Source: Sphaerodactylus townsendi (taxonomy: Eukaryota). From it: 64,000 nucleotides of DNA. Below are positions 14,019 through 25,100 of the stretch, piece after piece. The first letter of the stretch is position 1, and the number at the start of each line of letters is the position of its first letter. The DNA lies in the NCBI RefSeq assembly GCF_021028975.2, contig NC_059426.1:31372001-31436000 (forward strand). The letters run 5' to 3'. The translations under genes were made by a program, and so were the position numbers. The notes under the pieces are model-generated. The model had not been told where the DNA came from, made no database searches, and saw nothing but the letters and a program-made list of their open reading frames with translations.

Positions 14019-14815
14019 GCAGGCAAGCAGAGGCAGGCAAGCAGGCGGGCGGGCGGGGGGAGATGGCCAAATGTTCTCTCCATGTGACTGAGGCCAGTGG
14101 CACCTGGGTTGCAAGACACGCGCACATCCCGAATACGCCACTGGCAGGATGCCAAACATGGACACTGCTGCTGTGCTGATGCTCCTCCACTACAGGAGCC
14201 AAGGGCACTCCCAGGGGAGGAGCCCAGTTTCAACCAGGGAGCGCCCTCTTGGGCTGGTAAAGTCTTAAAACAGCTAAACATGTGATGCAGCCCATTGGGC
14301 TGTGTAGAACTTTCATGGTAGCCGGGGATTTCTGCAGTTTTTCATTTTTCCTGCACTGCCTGAAACCCTTTTGGAGACAGTGTGGCTGTCCTGCAGCCAC
14401 ACTGTCCCTGGCTGCCACAAAACTGTTCCCCTCATGGATTGCAATGAGAGGATTTTATCTGAGAAGCCTGGGCACTTGGCTACATTTTCCGAGTGAGGCA
14501 GACCTTTCTATGAAGATTTGGAGAAGGAAATTCACACAAATAGTTCATTCTTACAAGACACAAAAATAATATAGTCTGGCTGTTGTCACATACAGCTGAC
14601 GGTCTTCTTACATGGCCATCAGCATTCTTAATAGAGTGAGAGTTACGATCCCCTGTTCCACATTTTAAAAAATGTAACTTCATCTTCCATGCCCTCCACT
14701 TGTCATCTAGTGTGGACCACTGCAACAAGTGCAGGGCATGGAGCACTTGGGGGGCAGGCAGGAGCACATGGCAGATGAGGCTACTATTTTGCTTAGGTCT
14801 TTGTGTGGAACAGGG

Positions 14816-15399
14816 CAGTGGTGGGATCCAAAAATTTTAGTAACAGGTTCCCATGGTGGTGGGATTCAAACAGTGGCGTAGTGCCAATGGGGCTGGGTGG
14901 GGCACGACGGGGGTGTGGTCGGGCATTCCAGGGGCGGGGCATTAATAATTTCTCTATTACTGTAAAAAACTCTTACTGTAAAAAAAAAGTTCCTAATTTC
15001 CAGCTGGTATCTTTCTGTCCATAATTTAAACTCATTATAGCAAGTCCTATAGTCTACTGCCAACAGAAACAACTACTTCTCCTCTAATTGACTGCCTGTC
15101 AAATACTTAATACTTTCAAATACTTAATTTTGTTTCTAGAACTCAAAATAAGGATACTTTCCTTAAACAAGGAACTTTACCATATTACTAAAACATGTTT
15201 TTAAAACAACCCAACAGGGAGAGTTATCCCATTTTCTACCTTCGCTAACCAGCCACATAGGAAACGACTTTATGATTTTTGCACCTAATGGAATTTCTAA
15301 CGGAAAAGCAGACCCAATTAGTAACCCCCTCTCGGCACACACAAATAATTAGTAACCCACTCTCAGGAACTGGTGAGAACCTGCTGGATCCCACCTCTG
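14816..15399. mobile_element. Non-autonomous hAT element, same family, AT-rich interior
   Basis: Perfect TSD gaacaggg. Confidence 0.88.
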
Positions 15400-17277
15400 G
15401 AACAGGGTATAGAAAACTCTTTCAGAAAGAGTGTTGGCTTTTTTCTTTTTGTAATTTGGATACATTTTCTTCCATGGGAAAATAATAGAGCCACAAGAAA
15501 GCTATTATCAGAGCTGTTTCTAATCAGCACCTGAACAAACAGGGAGCCAGAATGAAACGTGGTGGTTTGCTAGACAACAACCCGGAGTTGCAGAATACAC
15601 AATACAACGTGCTGGGTCTAAGGCGTCTAAAGAAGAGTACAAAAGAAGCCTGCCAGAGAAGAATGCTAAAGATCAATACTTTTGTAAAGAACTATTTTTT
15701 CAGCCGATGAAAGAGTCTTCATTTGTTCTGCTACACACAGTGTGTAATAAAAAAAGCAACACGCTTTAATCAGAAAAGTTAAAGGGCGATGGGTTCCCTT
15801 TAAACTCAAGAAAGGAACATGAAAGAAATATTCAGTCAACAGGCATTGAAGAAGAACCAATTGCAGAGTATGCAGTCTAATTATAAAGTTTGCTTTTTAT
15901 TATAGCAATTCAGAGTTCAGGACTTAATATGAAGCAACTTGAGAGGTCGCCAGACATTTTTTTTATCACCCCTTTGTTAATGCTAGCTATTTACTCCATT
16001 TTGACCTGGGATGACAACGGGTAACAAATAACTACAGCAACAGCTCATCACATTTCTGAAATCAAAAGCAAAACCTCCTTGCTTAGATCAGATAGAATTG
16101 GGGGGGGGGGGCGCAAAAATCAACATTATTTTTTAAATTATTCTTTACGCAGCAGGATTTTTATATTTTTCTCCCTGCCTTGCAAAAAAGCAAGACTTCA
16201 AAACACCAAATTTCTTAAAACAGTGGCGTGCCAGGGAAGAATAACTAAAGAGCATACAGTTAACATAACTCAATCTGCATCCAAATTTTGGCTCAATATT
16301 TCTAGCAAGTTAAGAAAAGACTTTGTATTATTTGTTGGCACACGTGAACTTTATATGAAACAGATTTTTTAGATCTATGAAATGAGCTCCATACTCTGAT
16401 TAACGAGCCTATTTTATCTCTGCTGGAGACATCCACCTATGGTCTTCAAAGGCTACCTTGGTTTTTTCATACCAAATTTTTTCATTAAAATGTCCTTTGT
16501 CTTAAAACAGCTACTTCTCCACCCTACTGGAGAAAGCTTGGTGTTAGTATTGTTAATCAAAATACAGTTTGTGGCGAAACGAGCTTGCCTATGGTTTGCA
16601 GACCCTATTTCGCTCTCAGCTAGGGTTGGTAGAGGGAAAAAAAATTCGGCCCCAGTTCGGGTTCGGGCTTAGTTCGGGTGTATGGGGTCGGATCCGCCAA
16701 ATTCGGAGCCTGTCAGGCTCGGATACACCAAAACTTGCATTGTCATCCGAGATTCTCGGATGCGTTTTTATTTTTTGGGTGTTTTTGCGTTTTGGCCTGC
16801 AGGGGGTGCATTTTTAGAGGTATTGGCACCAAAATTTCAGGGTGTCTTTAGGAGACCCTCATGATGATATCTCCCAAGTTTGGTGCAGTTTGGTTTAGGG
16901 GGTCCAGAGTTATGGACCCACAAATGGGGTGCCCCTATCCCCCATTGTTTCCAATGGGAGCAAATAGTGGATGGGGCTACCCATTTGAGGGTCCACAACT
17001 TTGTCCCCCCTAAACCAAACTGCACCAAACATGGGGGGTATCATAATGAGAGTCTTCTAAGGATACCCTGAAATTTTGGTGCAGATAGGTCCAGAAATGG
17101 GCCCCCAGAGGCACCCCTAGAAATTTGGAGGGGATTAATTGTTCTGGTTGTATTTTCCAGCAGTTCTTCAGCAGTAGTGCCCTAGGGCAGCCCAGCCTTG
17201 TGCTGGGCTGGCCTGCTACTCTCACTGACTTCATTCAGTTATGCTGGAAGCAGCAGCAAGTGGGTGAGTGCAGTCTA

Positions 17278-17778
17278 TTTTGGGGTGGAGGGGGCTTATT
17301 TGGTGGGGGGATGGAGTGGGGCGCCGAAGGGGTGTGTGTGTGTGTCTCCCCCCCTCCCGCCATTCTTGTCGGCTAGGTGTGGAGTTTCCCGTTGTCCCTT
17401 CCCCGGCTTGTGTTTTTGTTGTGAATGAATGGAGTGTGCCTGAAGGATTTTTGGGGTGGAGGGGGGTTATTTGGTGGGGGGGATGGAGTGGGACACCAGA
17501 GGTGTGTGTGTGTGTCTCTCCCCCCCCCCCATTCTTGCCGGCTAGGTGTAGAGTTTCCCGTTGTCCCTTCCCCGGCTTGTGTTTTTGTTGTGAATGAATG
17601 GAGTGTGCCTGAAGGATTTTTGGGGTGGAGGGGATTTATTTGGTGGGGGGGATGGAGTGGGACGCCAGAGGGGTGTGTGTGTGTGTGTGTGTGTCTCCCC
17701 CCCCCCATTCTTGCCGGCTAGGTGTGGAGTTTCCCGTTTTCCCTTCCCCTGCTTGTGTTTTTTTAATGAATGGAGTGC
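17278..17778. repeat. Tandem array, about 169-bp unit x3
   Basis: Units start at about 17278, 17448 and 17617, each with (GT)n and a C-run. Confidence 0.9.
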
Positions 17779-17804
17779 GTGTCCGCAATCTTGCACACGG
17801 TTTT

Positions 17805-18165
17805 TTTTTGGGGGGGGGGGGTCCTGCCTGCGCTGCCCTTGCAGGGCTTGTGTTGTGTGTGGTTTTTTTTCTTTTGCGGGGGGATCTCACCCGCACTGCC
17901 CTTACAGGGCTTGTTTCGCGCGCGATTTTTTTTCTTTTGGGGGGATCCCGCTCGCACTGCCCTTGCAGGGCTAGTCTCGCGCGCGGCTTTTTCTTTTGCC
18001 AGGGGGGGGGATTTTGCCCACTCTGCCCTTGCAGGGCTCATTTCACGTACGTTTTTTTTCTTTTGGGGGGATCCCGCCCGTACTGCCCTTGCAGGGCTAG
18101 TCTCACACGCGGTTTTTTCCTCTTTTTGTGGGGGATCCCACCCGGGCTGCCCTTGCAGGGCTTGA
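17805..18165. repeat. Minisatellite, about 62-bp unit x6
   Basis: CTGCCCTT(G/A)CAGGGCT recurs at about 17833, 17896, 17957, 18023, 18083 and 18147. Confidence 0.9.
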
Positions 18166-18499
18166 CTTGTGTGTGCGGAAGGGGTATTTTCCCCGTCTCA
18201 GGCCAACACGGTTCAAGTGAACTGCTGCTCCGAACTCCATGTGCTCGGAGTGGCTGAAGTTCGGAGGGTGCAGGCTCGGGTAAGCAGTGCCCGACCCTCC
18301 CCCGAACACCACATGGCTCAGCCGACCCACAGGGTCGCCAACCCTACTCTCAGCCCTCTCCCAGAGTTATCATTTTTTTCCCCTGGAGAAGGCTATCTCA
18401 TTCTCAGCATATGCTGCCACCACCTGGCCAGTTTTAGGACTGCCCACTGGGAAGGGCCAGGACTTCCCAGTTTCCTCTTCCACTAGCGTGTCTGCTACA

Positions 18500-18560
18500 C
18501 CACAGTTTGAATCCCACCACCATGGGAACCTGTTACTAAAATTTTTGGATCCCACCACTG
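18500..18560 (-). mobile_element. Terminal fragment of the same hAT family
   Basis: Reverse complement of the first 60 or so bp of the 9599 and 14816 copies. Confidence 0.75.
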
Positions 18561-20439
18561 CACAACACCCAAATACAGCAAGGAACACAAATAAAAGAAA
18601 GGCAAACCGCAAGCCCTCTGGCCCTGCCACTATCACATACCCTGCCTACTAGTCGTTGCACAGCAGGGTAGGTCCTCGGCTTAAGCAGGTATTGTCCATG
18701 AGGAAGCTCCCATCACTGGGCCTAGCACACGGCCTGCAGGGAAAAGGCCGCTGCCTTCTCTCCCAGGCAGAGCCCCCCTCTTCCCAGAGCCCAGCAAGAC
18801 AAGAAGAACCCACCCACAGGGTTCTGGCTGGTTTTATCTTCCCACACTTTTTTGGCTCCCCCTAATGTTGTTACCAGGACACTGCAGCTTCTGCCCACCT
18901 GCTCTATGGTGCCTGGTTGGGGACAAAAAGGGAAGATAGGAAGGGCGGGGGGGGGGGGGGGGGAAAGCTATTTCTCCACACAGTTGTTTAGTGCAGAGTT
19001 CTCATTCTCACAGTGAAAAGAGCATTCTTGCCATTGTGTGTGAAAAAACCTGACTGGCCCACTAATTCCACCGTTTTGCAAAATGTTCTGTGGGTGCTAG
19101 GAAGACTGCACTGCTCCCACATAGGGTTGCCAGCCTCCAGGTGGGGAACAGAGATCACCTGGAAGTACAAATCATCTCCAGATGACAGGTATCAGTTCCC
19201 CAGTGAAAATAGCAGCTCCAAAGGATGGAATCTATTGCCTTAAACCTCAGTGAGGTCCCTTCCCCCTCCCTAAATCTCCAGAAATGTCCCAGTAAGAGTT
19301 GGCAACCTTCCCATGTGTCTCGAGCTGGTCACTTTGAAGGCTACTGATGGTCAAAGAAGGTGGGTTTGCACTTTAAAGCTCTGGCAGGTGTGTTTTGACA
19401 ACAGCCCTGCAAGGTATGCATTTGTGCCGACACTTCCGACTTACAGCAACTCTGAATTAATGTCCTCCAAAGTGTCTATCCTTAACAGCCTTGCTCAGAT
19501 CTTGCAGACTGGGGGTCATGGCTTCCTTATCTTGCAGACAGGACGGTGGAATAGAAAGACAATGAACCTTAAAATATAATTAGGAGTCCTCTAGCACCTT
19601 AAAATTTTATTCCAGCATAAGTTTTTGGGCCAACATTTTACGTAAGAAGTACACAAAGTCAAAAAACAGACAGCAGGTTCAAGGGTCCATGAAGTATAGG
19701 GAGTCCAGGACAGAATATTGTATTTATATATTAAATCAAACATAATTGAAATGTTATCTTGAAATCTAACCTTGAAAAATACATTAAAACATCTACTAGT
19801 TAACACTTATAATAGGTGGGGGGTCCTAAATTTTAGGGCGGCCAACCCTGAGCTTGGAAGTTACTGGAGATTTGAAGTCTATGATTCCTGAGGTATAAAT
19901 CCATAGAATGCACTTTCCTAAAGCAGACCTTTTATCCAAGAGGAGCTGATCTCTGTGGTCAGATTATTTGTAATTCTGAGCGATCTACACTATAGTAATT
20001 TAGACATCCTGGCCCCACCCTTAAAATGCAGTGGTAACTTCTCCCCCCTTTTCCCTACACTCTTAACAGGATTCCTGTCCTGCTCATTTCCACCATTTGT
20101 ACAGGCAGAAATCCCAAAGATGTTCCGCTCCCCTAAATAACTTCACCAGCTGGATTTGCGCCAGGCAAAAAAAATTCCCTCGCCTGGCTGCAAAGCAAAC
20201 GTAAGGAAAAACGGGGAACCAAAGCAAGGAACGTGAGCTCTTTTGCTGCGAAACGTTTTCCCAATGTGATTTTGCAGCGTTTCCAGCTGGGTCTGCTCAC
20301 ACTCTGGAAAGACGGCTGCTTGTGCTCGCTCACGCATCTTTAATAAGTCAAAAAAAAAAAAACAAGGCTGAACCTCAAAGCAAATAAGGAAAAGGGGTGG
20401 GGGTGGAAGCGTTTCCTTCCCCACTGTCAGACTACAATC

Positions 20440-20597
20440 CCCATCATGCTCCCCGCCCACTTCGCCGCCATTTCAACCAATCAGCACCTTCGCCAACCAA
20501 TCAGCACCGCGAGTTTGAGCCAATTAATGCAAGGGAAACCGTTGAGCTGTGGCGCGAAGTTATGAACTTTTGCAACTGAGGAATGGACCGGGTGAGG
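20440..20597 (+). promoter_or_regulatory. SPC25: SPC25 CpG-rich promoter and non-coding first exon
   Basis: CCAAT boxes at 20477, 20497 and 20520; E2F/CDE-like GGCGCGAA at 20551; donor CGG|gtgagg at 20591|20592; locally CpG-rich. Confidence 0.75.
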
Positions 20598-20990
20598 AAG
20601 AAACGGGGGCGCTGCGGCGTTTGTTTATTTATATGTGCTGCCCCGGGAGGGAGCGGGAGGGAGCGGGGGGCTCATGAAGCAAAAGAGAAACTTATAGCTC
20701 CTGATCGTTGCAGTCAAGATGGGGGTCGCGCGCAAACAAGCCCTTTGAATGTCAGTTTCATTCCCAGTTGGGAAAGCAAGCAGGGATCCTTCCAAACTTC
20801 TCCTTGGAAGCCACTTGAATTGTTTTATTTCGTCGCAGCAGGCTAACGTGACTTTAAATTGCCCTCGTGTCTGAAGGTGTCTTTTCGTCTATAGTCTTTG
20901 CTAACAATGCTTAACGTTTCTCTCTATGAAGACGAGAAACTCTTTAAGCAAATGACAGTAGGGTTGGGTTTTTTTGGTAACCTGCTAGAT

Positions 20991-21108
20991 CAGGGGTCTG
21001 CAACCTGCGGCTCTCCAGATGTTCATGGACCAATTTGGCCATGCTGGCAGGGGTTGATGGGAATTGTAGTCCATGAACATCTGGAGAGCCACAGGTTGCA
21101 GACCCCTG
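20991..21108. mobile_element. Palindromic hAT-Charlie-type MITE
   Basis: CAGGGGTCTGCAACCT TIR, TSD tgctaga(t/a). Confidence 0.85.
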
Positions 21109-21952
21109 TGCTAGAAACTGTCTTCTGGGAAACTTTACAATACAAGGCTATAATTCCACTGTTCAGTTACTTGATACTAGGTGAAGCTTTTCTTTTAAAA
21201 ACGAGCGGCAAGGTAAGGCAGTAATCACTGTCAAAGGGGAAAGGGGTTATACTGTGTCATATTCTCATGGGGAAATTGACAAAGTAGCCGTTTGATCTTT
21301 TTTGCTGTTTTATGAGGCCTGGTTTGATTTATTAGTTGGTTTCTGATCTTGGGGGTGGGGTGGGGGGATCTGATCGATATACAAAATGCATGGCTGATAT
21401 TTTCTGAAGCTGGAGATTTTTGAACAAGTCGGCAGATCTTCTAATGTACAGACGATTGTTTTGAAATCCTAACAGTGCAATCAGAGTCAAAGGTCCCCGG
21501 GCTCGCTGACTTCAAGACCTGGTGCAAAAAAAGTTGTTTGGTCATGGTGGGGGAGGGCAGAAAACTATTTTGCACCGGGCTAAATTTTCTCTAGATACGC
21601 CTCTGAGTACGATCCTACGTAGAATTACTGTAAACCCACAGATTTTTGAAGTAATTGCCTCTTGTTGCACTGTCAGACTTGTAAGGAAGCAGTTATATTT
21701 ACAGAGACATTAATATTAATAACAGCATAATTAATATTATGCTGCATACTGATTTTAATGGTTTTAGAGGTAATTTATTTATTGACTGCTCTTTAGTTTT
21801 GTGTTGTGAATTGCCTAGAGCCCTCCAGGGATGAGGCGGTCTATGAAAGTGAATGAATAAATGAATGAATGAATGAATAAATAAATATTTCTGTGTCCTT
21901 ATGCTAGCTGAAGGGATCCTCTTTCTGACTGTCCTGTGGTCTGTTCAAAACA

Positions 21953-22106
21953 ATGGCTGAGATAAAAGATGACAATGAACTGGACATACTTGAAAAAGAA
22001 ATCAAGGATTTCAGGACCACTTTCAGTGCCAATTGTTATGGTCAATCTGTTGACCAGATGTTGGGGTTAAGACATCAGTTGCTGGAATCTATAAGCAAAC
22101 TTACAG
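21953..22106 (+). CDS. SPC25: SPC25 first coding exon
   Basis: acaATGG strong Kozak context; donor CAG|gtaaag; upstream acceptor at 21907|21908. Confidence 0.9.
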
Positions 22107-25100
22107 GTAAAGTAATTTTGTAGAGTATGTTGTCGTCAGCTCATTCTCATTTTATTGCCACTTGGTGTTTCCTGCCACACAGACACATAATAATAGAAAA
22201 GGCCAGCGCTCTTATCTGACAAAACAGGCAGATGGGGTAAATTCAGTTGCCTACCCAGAAATAAGGATGCCAGGCTGTAAACTGGTGAAAAGACCAGTGC
22301 CTTTAAAAGACCATCTTTGGCTCTTCCTCTGACCCACCATGGACCTGTCATTTTCCAGAATCTGTGGGGGGAGATTGATAATGGTAAAGGAAACTGCAAA
22401 CAGATTCTGCTAGAGTCCTACATACAGGGACGCAGGCATAATTTTTTTATGGGGGGAGTTCAGAGGCGGGGCCCCTCCCCCCTGGGCAGAGGCATAGCTA
22501 GGGAAAATGGAGCCTGGTGCAAAATCTGAGTTTTGCCCCCCCCCCTCCTTCTCCCCCCCCCCCACATGGGCAGCCGCTGTGATGCTGGAATCCATCCCCA
22601 AACAGCATCACTTTCAATGGTATTTAAACTAGAGAGCTTAAATTCTCCTTTTAAATCTTCTTTAATGGGAGAATCTGGGGTCCCCAGTTAAAACAACATT
22701 GAAAGTGATGCTGTTTTGGGGTTAATTCTCCCCCATCCTGAAACAGCATCACTTTCAATGTTTGAACTGGGGACCTCTGATTCTCCCTTTAAATCCATGC
22801 CGAAGGGGGTGGATTTAAAAATAGAATCTGGGGAAATTTGGGAGTGCCTGCTGTCAGGAGAGGAGAGGACAACCATGTTGTAAGCCATTTTGGGTCTCTG
22901 TTGGGGAGATCAGGGTATAAATGTCTGAAATAATATTTGTATACAAGAATGGTATATATGACCATATGGTGCTTGCTTTGTGTGTGGCAACTCTAAACTT
23001 GTCATGTATTTAAAGTGAATCAAGAGTTGTGTGTCAGATAAAATTTTCTAATTTTCCAGAGAAATGGTCTACAAGATTAAAGGAAGGGGACCTAATGATG
23101 GACAGATTTCAGGAATATACAAATGGTATTGTATGAAGCCTTTCTTTCTGCATGAACTGTTCTTACAACACTACGGGAAATAAAACATATTTACCTAAAA
23201 TGACTTTCTTGTGCACAGGTTCTGCCTTGTGCAAGCAGATTGTCTGCTTATATCTTTACTTAAAAGTTTCCAGCTGGTCTTAGTCAGACGTTACATGCAA
23301 TGCTAATACATTTAGCCCAAGACTAGCTTCTGCATTTCCATTTTATAATGGAAAATGATTGTGCAAACAGATCATCCACAGGTTTCATGAGGTGGAGTTT
23401 TATAAGGGGATTTAGTCATGTGCTGAGCTAGTCATCCTGTTCTATAACAAAATATCTCAAATTTGCAGCTCTTTTTTCCAAAGTGCCAGAATTACCAACA
23501 TTACTCCTTCTGCATTAACTTCAGCCAAATGTTCTTTTTATATATATCTTTCACCCAAAGACTGCAGCAGAATGTGGTGTGGCATTAAGTATTCTATATT
23601 TGGGTTTAATAATGAACATGTTCTATGAGACTCATGATAATGGGATCAAATCCTCCCCCAGCAATGCTGCTGCCTCTGTCTGCCTGGCTCCTGCGGTGGC
23701 TGCCGCTCCTCCTGGCTCCCTTTTCTTCACCTGCCCACCTGCAGCCTGCTGCTTTCGTCTGCCAGGTTCACATGGTGGTGGCAACACATTCTGATACTCT
23801 TCCCCCAATTGGTCACCTGCAGCATCACTGCCTCTGCCTGTGCGGTTTATACAGAGGGGCAACTATTTTCTTTCTTGTCCACCTAACTTCCTCAAAATGG
23901 CAGCTAACCTTTTCTTCAAAAAAATACAGCGTGGCATAGTGATTAAGAGTGGTGGATTCTAATCTGGAGAACCAGGTTTTATTTTCCACTCCTCCACGTG
24001 AAGCCTGCTGGGTGACCTTTGACTGCTCACAGTTATCTCAAAACTTATCCCACCTGCCTCACAAGGCATTTATTATGGAGAAATTGAGAAGTTTGTCAAC
24101 TGCTTTGCAACTCCTTAAAGGTAGAGAAAAGGGAGGTATAAAAACCAACTTTCCTTCTTTTTTTGGCAGACCTGGGTGGTTTTCCAATTCTTTGGGCTTT
24201 TTAATCCAGGTCAGGTTCATAATTAAATATATTATGTTCAGTGGCTGGGATGCCACTTACTTTTAATAACCATTCACATAAAGTGTTGAATATATTCACA
24301 TACATTACAGGGAGACACAAATGTTTCTTTTTACAAAGCCTGAAATAGTTTATGCCCATATGTGATATACATTTGGGTACCTTTGCACATCACTAGCACC
24401 CATTTGGCACGGGCCAGAATCACCGGTAAAACATAATGGGGGGGATCCTTCACACAGGCGACGCTGCAAAAATGATGCAGCTCCGCTCTTCCCCACCCCC
24501 CCGCCCCCAATGATGTATTCCAACCTCACTCGAGTAGTAGGGCGTTTGGTAATACACCGGCTTCCATCCGGTGCCGAGCTAATGGCACTGGGTGGAAGCC
24601 AGCATATTACCAAACACCTCCTTACCTCCTCCTGGCTTTCGTCCCTCTATGGAGACCAGGGGACACGCCTCCTGGCCGACGTCCTTGCAGTCATCGCTCT
24701 GGCCATGGGGGCGTGTCCTCTGGCCTCTATAGAGGGTCGGAAGACAGGAGGAGGTAAGGAGGCGTTTGGGGGGCTGTGGGCCTGTTGGAACCTGCTTGAG
24801 GGCCGTTCCTGCAAATGGTCCTGGGGCTTGCATCCCCATGAACCATGTCGATGCAGCCCCGCTGCTCTGGCCGTGCAGAAACGGCCTAGGATTGGATGCT
24901 ACTCAAAGAACACTTATATGTGGATATCAAATTAAACAACCGAATTTCCCTGTTTTACGCAGTATTGCACCAGAAGAACAAATCGATTGAAGAAAAACAG
25001 GAGAAGCTATCGGAAGTTCTTGCGAGCATCAGAGATGGAGAAAAGCAAAATGCAGATTTGATGGACTCCGTTCAGGAGCTCAAGGAAAAGTTGATCAAGA

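Larger units (their letters stand above)
16621..18346. mobile_element. 1.7 kb non-autonomous hAT (Ac-type TAGGG terminus) with internal tandem arrays
   Basis: TAGGGTTGG...CCAACCCTA termini, perfect TSD ctctcagc, subterminal TTCGG/CCGAA repeats. Confidence 0.85.

Noticed and set aside
17278-18165. Regularly spaced repeats with a palindromic core (CRISPR-like) and long ORFs such as 17625-18257
   Set aside because: The intervening sequences are themselves repeated (no unique spacers), there are no cas genes and the context is eukaryotic. The ORFs are low-complexity products of the arrays.
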